A DNA stretch of 64,000 nt from Abditibacteriaceae bacterium (GTDB lineage: Bacteria; Armatimonadota; Abditibacteriia; Abditibacteriales; Abditibacteriaceae): the NCBI GenBank assembly GCA_965277285.1, contig OZ255721.1, positions 2,080,001-2,144,000 on the forward strand, given 5' to 3'. Shown piece by piece: positions 40,642-50,332 of this stretch. How positions within the stretch are numbered: position 1 is the stretch's first letter; each line of letters starts with the position of its first letter. The notes below the pieces were generated by a model, which made no database searches, was not told the DNA's origin, and saw only the letters and a list, made by a program, of their open reading frames with translations. The position numbers and the translations under genes are program-made.

Positions 40642-41631
40642 TCATTCGTCGAGGTCGAGAAAGAAAACTTTTTCAGGTTTGTACGTTGGTGGTTCATCAG
40701 CGATTAGATTTGCAAGAACAAAAGTTTTGCCATCCGAGTGGAAGAATGCAGCGCGCTTTGAATGAATATCAACACCATTCAACCAAGCGCGAGTTTTCAA
40801 CTCTTTCGATTTATCTGCATCGTCTTTGTATTCCTGCAAAAGAGATTTGTTCAATGAAAGAGATTGCGCCATGCGACCTTGCGACAAATGAAACGTGGCC
40901 GTGTCGTCTTCAATAACTGCACGCACGCACAATCGCAAGACATCGTGCATCGAAATTATCGCGTTTTCGCCACGCGACAAAACCTTTTCCGGTGTGTGCG
41001 ATTCATCGATACCAAACGCGCCGTTTTGCGTGCGCACCAGAAAACTCATCGTGGCGCCGCAACCTAAAGCACGCCCGATGTCGCGCACCAAACTCCGAAT
41101 ATATGTTCCACTGCCGCATTCGACTTTTATCATGGCGCGTGTTCGAGTACTCGATTCTATTGGACGCAAAACCGTCAAACGGTAAATTTCAACTTGGCGC
41201 GGCTGAATGTCGAGTTCGGCTTCGTCAGCGCCTTCGCGCGCCAGTTCGTACAGTTTTTTGCCGTCGCGCTTGATAGCGGAATACATCGGCGGCGTTTGCG
41301 CAATCGTGCCGCGAAACTGGTCTAAGGTCGCGCGCAAATTATCCAAGTTGACATGGCTTGCATCTGCGACAGAAACGACCTCGCCGGTCGCGTCCAGCGT
41401 GTCGGTTTCAATGCCAAAAGTAATTTCGGCGAGGTAAGTTTTGCGCCCGCGTTGCAGGTATTCGACAAGTCGCGTCGCCTGCCCGATGCAAATCGGCAAC
41501 ACGCCCGCCGCCGCCGGATCGAGCGTTCCCGTGTGCCCGACGCGCTTGGTGTTAAAAGTGCGGCGCACGAAAGCGACCGCATCATGGGAAGTCATTCCGG
41601 GCGGCTTGAGAAAGTTGAGAACGCCGTGCAT
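40642..41631 (-). CDS. truB: tRNA pseudouridine-55 synthase
   Basis: KPPGMTSHD, GHTGTLDP, PPMYSAIK and GTYIRSL motifs. Confidence 0.97.
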   Translation of the reverse strand: MHGVLNFLKPPGMTSHDAVAFVRRTFNTKRVGHTGTLDPAAAGVLPICIGQATRLVEYLQRGRKTYLAEITFGIETDTLDATGEVVSVADASHVNLDNLRATLDQFRGTIAQTPPMYSAIKRDGKKLYELAREGADEAELDIQPRQVEIYRLTVLRPIESSTRTRAMIKVECGSGTYIRSLVRDIGRALGCGATMSFLVRTQNGAFGIDESHTPEKVLSRGENAIISMHDVLRLCVRAVIEDDTATFHLSQGRMAQSLSLNKSLLQEYKDDADKSKELKTRAWLNGVDIHSKRAAFFHSDGKTFVLANLIADEPPTYKPEKVFFLDLDE

Positions 41632-41646
41632 GAAAAAGAGGATTTA

Positions 41647-41801
41647 ACCGCGAAGGACGCAGAGAACACGAAGAAAAGGAAGTACGGAAAGACGTGAGTT
41701 TGAGCGTGCATAAAAATCAAGCACTCGAAACTTAAATATGCAAGCGAAGGCATCAAGGCCTCCAAAAGTTTTCTCTTCGCGCTCTTTGCGTCCTTCGCGG
41801 T
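41647..41801. repeat. Inverted-repeat element
   Basis: 15-bp terminal IR (ACCGCGAAGGACGCA / TGCGTCCTTCGCGGT) with purine- and pyrimidine-biased inner arms. Confidence 0.65.
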
Positions 41802-41804
41802 GAA

Positions 41805-42803
41805 TTATTTTTGCTCGCGCAGCCACGCCGCACCACTTTGCACGACATACGCCACGCTATCGATGAACGATTTGTGACGAATGCGAAAGCCCGCCGCTGC
41901 TGCGTGTCCGCCGCCGCCAAATTGAGCGCAAAACAAATCGGCGCGCAGTTCCGTTTCGCAACGCACGCTGACGCTGGCTGTCGGGCCGGTTTCGTCCTGG
42001 CGTTCGCGCAGAATAATCGCCATGCGCGCACCACGCACGTTGCGCAGGAAATTGACGACGTTATCGCTGCCTTCTTCGCCCGCATTCGAGTACTCGAAAT
42101 CGCTTGCCGTGAGCGCCGTCCAGATCAATTGACCGTTTTCTTCGGCTTCCATTTTCTGCAAAGCGATACCCAGCAATTTCGTCGCGCCAAAGCTTTTTTC
42201 ATCGAACAATTTGAAGGCGATTTCTGCGGGTTCGGCGCCCAATTCGACCAGATCGCCCGCCGCGCGCAAAGTGTCCGGCGTCGTGTTGGGAAAGCGAAAA
42301 TTGCCGGTATCGGTCGACATTCCGCACAGCAAACATTGCGCGATGTCGGGCGAAACCGCGACTTGCATTTGCTCGATCAGGCGAAAAATCATCAACGCCG
42401 TGGCGGGCTGATCGGCATCAATCCAGTTGATCTGTGCGTTTGGCTGAGATGTTCGATGATGGTCAATCAGGATGCGAAAGCGCGCGTCCTGGATAAGATG
42501 AAACGGCGCCGCGACGCGATTCGCGGTGCCATCGCAATCGAGAATGAAGACACATTGCGGTTGCGTGGGCGGGTTGGCGACGACGCTTTCCCAATCGGGC
42601 AGAAAGCGACAGGACGGCGGAACAGCATCGGTCGAAACGACCCAAGCGTCTTTGCCTTGCGCTTGCAGCGCCATTTTGAGGGCGAGACCAGAACCAATCG
42701 CATCGCCGTCCGGCCCGACGTGCGCCACAATAAGAAACGTCTGGAAACGTTTTACAGCGTCCAAAATCGCGCTGAAAGGCGGCGTCGCGTACTCGCTCGT
42801 CAT
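41805..42803 (-). CDS. DHH/DHHA1 phosphoesterase (NrnA-like)
   Basis: HVGPDGDAIGS, IDHH, DTGNF and GGGGHAAAAG motifs, in the usual position after rbfA. Confidence 0.92.
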   Translation of the reverse strand: MTSEYATPPFSAILDAVKRFQTFLIVAHVGPDGDAIGSGLALKMALQAQGKDAWVVSTDAVPPSCRFLPDWESVVANPPTQPQCVFILDCDGTANRVAAPFHLIQDARFRILIDHHRTSQPNAQINWIDADQPATALMIFRLIEQMQVAVSPDIAQCLLCGMSTDTGNFRFPNTTPDTLRAAGDLVELGAEPAEIAFKLFDEKSFGATKLLGIALQKMEAEENGQLIWTALTASDFEYSNAGEEGSDNVVNFLRNVRGARMAIILRERQDETGPTASVSVRCETELRADLFCAQFGGGGHAAAAGFRIRHKSFIDSVAYVVQSGAAWLREQK

Positions 42804-42824
42804 GTCAGGATTCCAAGGAAAGGA

Positions 42825-43235
42825 TTATTTCAGCTTCGACTTGCGCGTTGCTTGTGGCTTGGTCGATAGCTGTGCCGGTTCGTCTTTTTGCAGTTCCGGC
42901 AAACCCGCCAGAATTTCTTCGATGCGCATCGCGCTGTCGGTCGTGTCATCGTAGCGAAACAAGATTTCTGGCACGCTGCGCAGATCAATTTCTTCGCCGA
43001 TGCGCGAGCGCAGGAACGAACCCGCGCGTTCAAACGCCGATTGGGCACGACTTTTCGCGTTGCCATCACCCAAAACGGTATAAAAAACTTTGGCGTTTTG
43101 CAAATCGTGCGACACTTCGCAGCGCGTCACGGTCACAAAACCCAGGCCAGGATCGGACACTTCTTCACGGATAATTTTGGTCGCCGCCGCGCGAATCGCT
43201 TCCGCCGCGCGGTCTGACCGGAAAGTTGTAGACAT
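42825..43235 (-). CDS. rbfA: Ribosome-binding factor A
   Basis: DPGLGFVTVT, DLQNAKVF and PEILFRYD motifs, plus operon context. Confidence 0.95.
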   Translation of the reverse strand: MSTTFRSDRAAEAIRAAATKIIREEVSDPGLGFVTVTRCEVSHDLQNAKVFYTVLGDGNAKSRAQSAFERAGSFLRSRIGEEIDLRSVPEILFRYDDTTDSAMRIEEILAGLPELQKDEPAQLSTKPQATRKSKLK

Positions 43236-43249
43236 AGGAAATTGAGTTC

Positions 43250-43326
43250 GCAGGGGCGTCAGCTTGCTGCGCCCGTGTTCGAGTACTCGATTACAAAATG
43301 CGGGCGCAGCAAGCTGACGCCTCTAC
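43250..43326. repeat. GTAG-type REP doublet with the iterated palindrome in its spacer
   Basis: GGCGTCAGCTTGCTGCGCCCG ... CGGGCGCAGCAAGCTGACGCC, with TCGAGTACTCGA at 43279. Confidence 0.75.
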
Positions 43327-43333
43327 ATTCTCA

Positions 43334-43615
43334 CTAAATAATTTCGATTCGACATTCCGCGATGTCGCAGCGCAATTCAGTTTCGCTTAAATCGCGCACA
43401 TGATTGAGTACTCGATTCGCTTCGGTGCGGTCGTTGGAAACTACAGCGACCGCCAAAGTCGCGCGATTCCACAAATCGTGATCGTCAATTTGCGCGGCGG
43501 AAACATTAAAACGATTGCGGATTTTATCCAGCATCGAATTGACCACCATGCGCTTTTCTTTCAGCGAATAAGCATCTAAAAGATGCAACTCTAACGTTAA
43601 AACTCCAATGAACAT
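43334..43615 (-). CDS. DUF503 (YlxP) family protein
   Basis: SLKEKR and RFNVSAA motifs, between infB and rbfA. Confidence 0.9.
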   Translation of the reverse strand: MFIGVLTLELHLLDAYSLKEKRMVVNSMLDKIRNRFNVSAAQIDDHDLWNRATLAVAVVSNDRTEANRVLNHVRDLSETELRCDIAECRIEII

Positions 43616-43632
43616 TGAAATGTGATTTTGAC

Positions 43633-43718
43633 AACGAACCCAAAGCGTAAGCGACGGGCTTAAGTGAGAGTTTCATGTAACTGCTGCTTAAGCCCGTCGC
43701 TTACGCTTTGGGTTCGTT
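43633..43718. repeat. REP-like doublet, same family as 34304-34387, copy 2
   Basis: AACGAACCCAAAGCGTAAGCGACGGGCTTAAG ... CTTAAGCCCGTCGCTTACGCTTTGGGTTCGTT. Confidence 0.85.
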
Positions 43719-43730
43719 AACTTGAACAAA

Positions 43731-46232
43731 TTATCGACTGCCCGCAGTTTGCGGTGCGCCAACGGTCACAGCTTCGGGACGGCCTTTGCCGATGTCGCGC
43801 TTGATGCTTTCCAAGACGACGCTTTGCAAAATATCGCCTTCCTGGAAGTCGTCAAAGTTCTTGGTCGAAATGCCGCATTCTTGGCCGGCGACCATTTCCT
43901 TAACTTCTTCCTTGTAATGCTTCAAACCATCGACTTTGCCTTCGTGAATTTTCTTGCCACGACGCCAAACGCGCAACGCCGAACCCGTGACGATTTTCCC
44001 GCTCGTCACCAGACAACCGGCAATCGTTCCGGCTTTGGTGCTTTTGAACATCGCACGCACTTCGGCTTCGCCCGCCAAACGCTCTTCAAAAACCGGATCG
44101 AGCATTCCTTCAAGCGCATTTTTCACGTCATCAATCGCCGCGTAAATCACCGAATATTCGCGGATTTCAATGCCTTCGCGGTCGGCCAAACCAACAGCCG
44201 CATTTTCAACTCCGACGTTGAACGCGATGATAATCGCTTCGGATGCGCTCGCCAACATGACATCGTTTTCGGTCACATTGCCCGCGCCACGCGAAAGAAT
44301 GCGAACGCGGACTTCATCGTGCGCCAGTTTTTCCAGGCTCTGGCACATCGCTTCGACCGAACCTTGAACATCGGCTTTCACGATGACGTTGAGGTTTTTC
44401 GTCGCGCCTTTTTGAATCTGCGCGAAGATTTCGTTGAGGGACGCGCGACTGTTGCCAATTACGCGCGCTTCGCGCATTCCCGCATGAGCTTCCTGCGCTT
44501 GTTCGCGCGCAATGCGACTTGATGGCACGACGCGCAAGGTTTCCGAAGCGGCAGGGACAGCCGACAAACCCATCACAGAAACCGGCGTTTTCGGCCCGGC
44601 CTGCTGCAAGTTGTCGCCTTTATAGTCAGTCATGGCGCGCACGCGGCCAAAGACATCGCCGACGACAACATGATCGCCGACGCGCAACGTGCCTTTGTGA
44701 ATCAAAACCGTGGCTACCGGCCCGCGCTGTGTGTCCTGCTGCGCTTCGATGATGGTGCCTTGTGCCGCGCCTTCAGGATTGGCTTTGAGTTCTTGAACTT
44801 CAGCGACCAGCAAAATCATGTCGAGCAAATCTTGAACACCCTGCCCTGTTTTCGCCGAGACGGGAACCACAATCGTGTCGCCGCCGTAATCTTCGGGAAT
44901 CAGTTCCAGCGCGGCCAATTCACCTTTCACGCGGTCGGGATCGGCGCCCGCTTTGTCCATTTTGTTGATGGCGACAATGATCGGGACTTTGGCGGCGCGC
45001 GCGTGTTCGACGGCTTCGCGCGTCTGCGGCATCACGCCGTCATCCGCCGCGACAACGAGTACGGCGATGTCGGTGACGTGAGCGCCGCGCGCGCGCATCC
45101 GCGTAAACGCTTCGTGGCCCGGCGTATCCAAAAACACGATGCGCTCGCCGTTGTGCTCGGTTTCATAAGCGCCGATGCGCTGCGTGATGCCGCCCGCTTC
45201 GCCGCTTTGCACGTTCGCACTGCGGATGATGTCGAGCAAAGAAGTTTTGCCGTGATCGACGTGACCCATAATTGTCACGACGGGCGCGGCGGGAAGCAAA
45301 CCTTCCTGATTTTCATCAGTGATGTGCGTTTCGGTGCGCGCCGTTTCAACTTCGGTCGCAAAACCAAACTGCGACGCGAGTTGTCCCGCGACATCGGAAC
45401 TAATCGTCTGGTTGCCCGCGCGAATCACGCTCATCGCAAACAATTTTTTGATGAGCGCCGAAACCGGCTGTCCCAGTTTTTCCGCCAACTCCGCGACGGT
45501 AATTTCCGGCGGCAAAGCGATGGTCTTGCCAGCGCCCGCCTTTGACTGCGAGCTTTCGGTTTCCGCGCGAAAATCGCGGTCGCCAAAGCGCGGGCCGTCC
45601 GGCGTGCGGCTGTTGCGGAAATCACGGCGATTGCCACGCCCAAAACGTCCGCGCGTTTGAATCTGCTGCGCGGGTGCAGCAGGCGCGCCATTGGTTCCTG
45701 CTGTAGGAGCCGCGGTTCCGTTGGTCGGCGCGCCGCCATCCGGCTTCAACATATTGGGCGGAATCACAATCGCCGGACGATTAACAGGCGGCGTTGGCGG
45801 CATCGGTGCGGGACGGCTTTCCGGTGCGTTTCGAGTACTCGATTGTAGCGCGTTGCCGCGTGCCGCATCGCTGCGCGCACCAGGGCCGCTTTTGGCCGGG
45901 CCTTGCGTGATGATGTTCTCATCCGGCGCCACATAATCGCGATAATCTTCGATCACGTCCGAGGAAACATCGGCGGGCGCATCGCTTCCAGACGAACGCG
46001 TGCCGCGCCGGAAGTTCTGAAACGCGGCGGGAGCCGTCGCCACGACAGGTTCTTCGCGCGGCTGCGGATTGTTCTTATTTTCGATCATTTGCCGCAATGA
46101 ACGCGCGGCGGTATCTTCAATCGAAGACGACGGAACTTTGCCCGTCACGCCAATCGTTTGCAGCAAATCCAGCAATTCTTTTGGTTGAACCTGCAATTCT
46201 TTCGCAAGATCATAAACCCGCATTTTTGCCAT
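43731..46232 (-). CDS. infB: Translation initiation factor IF-2
   Basis: [29 protein letters not shown] and KADVQGS motifs. Confidence 0.98.
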   Translation of the reverse strand: MAKMRVYDLAKELQVQPKELLDLLQTIGVTGKVPSSSIEDTAARSLRQMIENKNNPQPREEPVVATAPAAFQNFRRGTRSSGSDAPADVSSDVIEDYRDYVAPDENIITQGPAKSGPGARSDAARGNALQSSTRNAPESRPAPMPPTPPVNRPAIVIPPNMLKPDGGAPTNGTAAPTAGTNGAPAAPAQQIQTRGRFGRGNRRDFRNSRTPDGPRFGDRDFRAETESSQSKAGAGKTIALPPEITVAELAEKLGQPVSALIKKLFAMSVIRAGNQTISSDVAGQLASQFGFATEVETARTETHITDENQEGLLPAAPVVTIMGHVDHGKTSLLDIIRSANVQSGEAGGITQRIGAYETEHNGERIVFLDTPGHEAFTRMRARGAHVTDIAVLVVAADDGVMPQTREAVEHARAAKVPIIVAINKMDKAGADPDRVKGELAALELIPEDYGGDTIVVPVSAKTGQGVQDLLDMILLVAEVQELKANPEGAAQGTIIEAQQDTQRGPVATVLIHKGTLRVGDHVVVGDVFGRVRAMTDYKGDNLQQAGPKTPVSVMGLSAVPAASETLRVVPSSRIAREQAQEAHAGMREARVIGNSRASLNEIFAQIQKGATKNLNVIVKADVQGSVEAMCQSLEKLAHDEVRVRILSRGAGNVTENDVMLASASEAIIIAFNVGVENAAVGLADREGIEIREYSVIYAAIDDVKNALEGMLDPVFEERLAGEAEVRAMFKSTKAGTIAGCLVTSGKIVTGSALRVWRRGKKIHEGKVDGLKHYKEEVKEMVAGQECGISTKNFDDFQEGDILQSVVLESIKRDIGKGRPEAVTVGAPQTAGSR

Positions 46233-46279
46233 ACACAACACCTTCTTCCTCAGAAAACCTTGATCGAGTACTCAATTGC

Positions 46280-46582
46280 TCATCGGTTTTCTCCGTTATT
46301 ATTTAATTCAATGACGCGCGCAATTTCGTCTTTGGCCGCGCTCGATAAGCCGCACTTCAACTTCAAACTGCGCTCCAGCGCCTTCTTACCAACCGCGCGC
46401 TCCAGACACTTTTTGTCCGCGCACAAATACGCGCCGCGCCCTTCGCCCTTTCGTCTCGTCTTTGGTTCATCGACAACCGGCGCCGCACCATCTTTGGAAG
46501 CAATTCGCAACAACTTTTGCGGCGCCATTTTCTTGCCGCAAGCCAGACAAGTGCGAATAGGAACGTGCGTTTGATGGGACAT
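46280..46582 (-). CDS. ylxR: YlxR (RnpM/DUF448) family protein
   Basis: PIRTCLAC and GRGAYLC motifs, between nusA and infB. Confidence 0.9.
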   Translation of the reverse strand: MSHQTHVPIRTCLACGKKMAPQKLLRIASKDGAAPVVDEPKTRRKGEGRGAYLCADKKCLERAVGKKALERSLKLKCGLSSAAKDEIARVIELNNNGENR

Positions 46583-46590
46583 CGGAACCT

Positions 46591-46668
46591 CGTAGGGGCA
46601 ACCCTTGTGGTTGCCCTTTGTGAAGACGGAGACAACGCGCGAGGGCAACCACAAGGGTTGCCCCTACG
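46591..46668. repeat. GTAG-type REP doublet
   Basis: CGTAGGGGCAACCCTTGTGGTTGCCCT ... AGGGCAACCACAAGGGTTGCCCCTACG, a perfect IR. Confidence 0.85.
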
Positions 46669-46670
46669 GT

Positions 46671-48092
46671 TTACGCACTCGCCGAATCCGCCGCCGCAAT
46701 ATCGCTCACTTCACCAACATTTTCCGTACTCGATTCGCCTTCAATGCCAATTGGCAAGGCATCGGCCTCGCTTTCGACCGGAAACATTTCCACATCACCA
46801 ATCGGAGAAGCGGTTCCGGCATCAACCTGCAACGTGTTAACGGCAAGCGGTTCAACCGCCGTTTCAGTACTCGATTCGCTTTCATCCGCTACGTCAGTGG
46901 CAAAAATACCCGCCGTTTCATCGGGCGAATGGCGCACCGTGACGGACGTGGGCGGCAAAATATCGCCCGCGAACATCCGCTTCGCCTGCTCTTCGGCGTA
47001 TTGCTTTTCGGTGCGAATGTCAATGCGCCAATCGGTCAGTTTGGCGGCCAAACGCACGTTTTGGCCTTGCTTGCCAATCGCCAAAGATTGCTGATCTTCG
47101 GCGACAATGACGGTCGCGGTGCCTTTTTCCTTGCCTTCAGCGACTTCGCCGGTTTTCTCCAACAAAATCACTTTGGCGATTTGCGCGGGCGACAGCGCGT
47201 TGGAAATGAACTGAATCGCGTCGTTGCTCCAGCGCACGATGTCAACTTTTTCGTTGCCCAGTTCGCCGACGACTTTGCCGACGCGCATTCCTCGCGGCCC
47301 GACGCACGCGCCGACCGGATCAACATCGGGATTATTTGCTGAAACCGCGATTTTTGTGCGCTGTCCGGCTTCACGCGCCACCGCTTTCAGTTCGACGATG
47401 CCATCCGCGATTTCCGGCACTTCCAGCACGAACAATTGGCGCACCAAATTGGGATGCGTGCGCGAAACCGTGATGCTCGGGCCGCGAAAGCCAGAACGCA
47501 CTTCGACGACGTAAAGGTAAATCGAATCGCCCGTCCGATAGTTTTCGCCTTGAACCTGCTCGCGTCGCGGCAAAATCGCTTCGGCCTTGCCAATTCCCAC
47601 CACGACGTTGCCGCGCTCGGTGCGCAAAACCTGGCCGCGATAAATCTTATCGGAACGATCGGCGAACTCGGAAGCGACTTGAACGCGTTCGGCTTCCCGC
47701 AGTTTTTGCAACAAAACCTGTTTGGCCGTTTGCGCCGCGATGCGACCAAAGCCCGAAGGCGTCACTTCGACTTCAATCGAGTCGCCCAAGTTACTGTCGG
47801 GATCAATGCCGCGCGCTTCGCGCCACGCGACTTCGGTATTCGGGTTGAGCGCGTTTTGCACGACCAGTTTTTGCGCATAAACGCGGAACTCGCCGCTTGC
47901 AAAATCGGCCTTGACGCGAACGGCGCCGGTTCCGCCATAGGCTTTTTTGTACGCCGAAACCAGCGCGCCTTCGATGCTGCCGACCAGGGCTTCAATCGGA
48001 ATGCTCTTCTCATCCGACACGCGCTGAAGAGCTTCCAGCAGTTCCGAATGCACTTCGGCTTCGCTGCGCACAGGTTTTGTTTTCGTCGCCAT
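46671..48092 (-). CDS. nusA: Transcription factor NusA
   Basis: FGRIAAQTAKQV, AREAGQRTKIAV, DPVGACVG and AIGKQGQNVRLA motifs. Confidence 0.98.
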   Translation of the reverse strand: MATKTKPVRSEAEVHSELLEALQRVSDEKSIPIEALVGSIEGALVSAYKKAYGGTGAVRVKADFASGEFRVYAQKLVVQNALNPNTEVAWREARGIDPDSNLGDSIEVEVTPSGFGRIAAQTAKQVLLQKLREAERVQVASEFADRSDKIYRGQVLRTERGNVVVGIGKAEAILPRREQVQGENYRTGDSIYLYVVEVRSGFRGPSITVSRTHPNLVRQLFVLEVPEIADGIVELKAVAREAGQRTKIAVSANNPDVDPVGACVGPRGMRVGKVVGELGNEKVDIVRWSNDAIQFISNALSPAQIAKVILLEKTGEVAEGKEKGTATVIVAEDQQSLAIGKQGQNVRLAAKLTDWRIDIRTEKQYAEEQAKRMFAGDILPPTSVTVRHSPDETAGIFATDVADESESSTETAVEPLAVNTLQVDAGTASPIGDVEMFPVESEADALPIGIEGESSTENVGEVSDIAAADSASA

Positions 48093-48181
48093 CGCTTATT
48101 TTCTCCGCTTTCAGAAACCACTTCGGGAACAACTGGGAACAACTTTAGAAACACGAACGAAACGTGGACACGGCAAACAGA

Positions 48182-48218
48182 CAAAAAGAAAAGCGGGTCG
48201 CGTGGCGCCCACTTTCTT
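48182..48218 (-). promoter_or_regulatory. rimP/nusA-leader-like attenuator hairpin
   Basis: The minus strand reads AAAGTGGGCG-ccacg-CGACCCGCTTTTCTTTTTG, resembling the GTGGG...CCCAC-U-tract leader found before rimP-nusA operons. Confidence 0.6.
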
Positions 48219-48437
48219 CGGAGTCGTTCGCCAGATTGTCTCCGTCTCGCCAACAAAAAATTATACATGATTTTCGCCGCAACTTCAATGTACAGTGCGA
48301 AGACCCGCAATCGAGTACTCGATAATGCGCTTTTGTTCGGTTTACAGCTTCGCAGGGCAATTGCAACCCGCACCACTGGTTAATAATTCTTTCATTGAGT
48401 TGTCACGTCTTTGTTACGAACCTGTTAAAATAAAGCT

Positions 48438-49649
48438 ATGAAAATAGCTCCTAAAATCGGTTCCGCAGCGCTGCTCGTTGCTTTGCTATCGACTGGGTCA
48501 GGATCAGCCCGCGCCAACTACATGGCTAAGGCCGAAACGCAGACAGACTGGATTCAAAGCTACTACTTCGACGCGCAAGCTAACCTTTATCGCCCTACGT
48601 TTCCGGCTCCCACTTCGGGCTTGCCCTATGAAGTCACATGGGGCAATGGCGTGCAGTTCTCGGCTTTGGTCGGCGCCACGCGCTACAAACCGGCCAAGTA
48701 CAAGCCTCTTCTGTATGCGTTCAGCAAGGGAATTTATAAATATTGGGACCATTGGGCTGCCATTCCTGGCTTCGACGCCTGGTTCTCATCGCCTGGCAAC
48801 TCCGACAAATACTACGACGACAACGCCTGGCTCACTTTGGGCTTTACCGAAGCCTATCGCGTGACGAAAGACGCCAGTTTTCTGACATGGGCAAAACAAG
48901 TACATCATTTCGTGCTGAGCGGCCAGGACGACAAGCTGGGCGGCGGCATTTATTGGTATCAAAAAACGCGCGATTCAAAGAACACTTGCATCAACGCGCC
49001 TGCGGCAGTTGGCGCCCTGGCGCTTTACGATTTGGGCGATAAATCGCAACTCACAGAAGCGCAACAGCTCGTGACCTGGACGAACTCGAAGCTGCAAGAC
49101 CCGACCGATGGCCTGTTTTGGGACAACATCAACCTGAACGGGCAGATCGGTAAAATGAAGTGGACCTATAACACGGCCTTGATGATTCGCGCCAATGTCG
49201 GGCTGTGGCGCGATACGAAGAACCCGAAATACTTGGCCGATGCGCGGCGCGAGGGCGATTCCTCACTGACATATTTTGTTGATCCTGAGACTGGAGCCTT
49301 CAAGGACGGTGCGAAATTCAACCACTTGCTGAGCGAATCGTTGATCGTTTTGTACGAAGCTACGCACGACCTCAAGTACTTGAACGCAGTGCGACGTGAC
49401 GCCGATTATGGCTACCGCTACGTGCGCGACCCAAAGGGCGGTTATTGGAACGATTGGAAGAATCAACCGCACGCCGCTGATGAGAAAAAAGCGGTCATCG
49501 AAAACGCGAGCGTGGCGCGCTTGCTATGGTTGCTGGCTCCTTATTCCGATGTCGAGGAACTCACCGCCCAGGCGAAAGCGGCAGAAGCCCGACAAGACTG
49601 GAAAACCGCCAGCGGCCTGTGGCGCCAAGCCGTCGAAAGCACCAGCTAA
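48438..49649 (+). CDS. Secreted glycoside hydrolase family 76
   Basis: Signal peptide, YYDDNAW catalytic motif, GGGIYW and WTYN. Confidence 0.88.
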   Translation: MKIAPKIGSAALLVALLSTGSGSARANYMAKAETQTDWIQSYYFDAQANLYRPTFPAPTSGLPYEVTWGNGVQFSALVGATRYKPAKYKPLLYAFSKGIYKYWDHWAAIPGFDAWFSSPGNSDKYYDDNAWLTLGFTEAYRVTKDASFLTWAKQVHHFVLSGQDDKLGGGIYWYQKTRDSKNTCINAPAAVGALALYDLGDKSQLTEAQQLVTWTNSKLQDPTDGLFWDNINLNGQIGKMKWTYNTALMIRANVGLWRDTKNPKYLADARREGDSSLTYFVDPETGAFKDGAKFNHLLSESLIVLYEATHDLKYLNAVRRDADYGYRYVRDPKGGYWNDWKNQPHAADEKKAVIENASVARLLWLLAPYSDVEELTAQAKAAEARQDWKTASGLWRQAVESTS

Positions 49650-49692
49650 ACACGAAGTTTGAAGTCGCGTCGCTATTTGCAACGTAAGCTTT

Positions 49693-49746
49693 ACAAACCA
49701 AAACGCGCCAGCACTTATGCATAAGTGCTGGCGCGTTTTGGTTTGT
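49693..49746. repeat. Perfect loopless 54-bp palindrome (possible terminator)
   Basis: ACAAACCAAAACGCGCCAGCACTTATG|CATAAGTGCTGGCGCGTTTTGGTTTGT. Confidence 0.9.
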
Positions 49747-49844
49747 GCGACTTCTTTTGAAACCTCATCTTGCGCAAGTTCTAAACAAGTATTACCCGAC
49801 ACAATGCCTAATGGAGATTATCGAGTACTCGATTGAGCCGTGTC

Positions 49845-50308
49845 CTACGTCAAATCACTATCAACAAGCAATTTTCCTGAAGTGGCATCGAGAACGTGCA
49901 GTTCTGTTGGTTTTAAGACGACGATTTTGCGTCCGTCGGGAGTTGGCAACAAAGCCGGGCCGTAATGGAGCCAACTAAGTCTCTTTTCGCATCTGTTACA
50001 AAGACAACTTGCCCGTCGGTACGAAAAAATACATCGTAGATCTTCGTTTTCGTCTCCATCTTAGAGAGAAGCGCCCCTCTTTTAAGATCTCGAATCTGGA
50101 CAACATAAACGGATTTGGCGCCATTTGAAACAGTAAAAACAACTTTTCGGCTGTCTCGAGAAATAGCCCAAACCTCTTTGATTTCTTCGGAAGTATTGAG
50201 GAAGTCGCGCGGTTTCCTGCTCTGTGTATTGCCACTTAATTGACAACCCAAACCCAAAGTAAGAACAGTGATGCAAAACGTGCAACCGCGAAGTTTGCTC
50301 AAGAACAT
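49845..50308 (-). pseudogene. Frameshifted fragment of an exported beta-propeller-like protein
   Basis: ORF 49913-50308 has blade-like AISRDSRKVVF and FRTDGQVVF. An overlapping frame continues as LPTPDGRKIVVLKPTELHVLDATSGKLL and stops at 49845. Confidence 0.5.
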
Positions 50309-50332
50309 TGTTGTCTCAGTCTGGCAATTGGA

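Noticed and set aside
41811..48383. Long antisense ORFs (41811-42869, 44670-45545, 47436-48383; likewise 38418-39521 and 15244-15903)
   Set aside because: They are shadow ORFs opposite well-supported genes and have no recognisable motifs.
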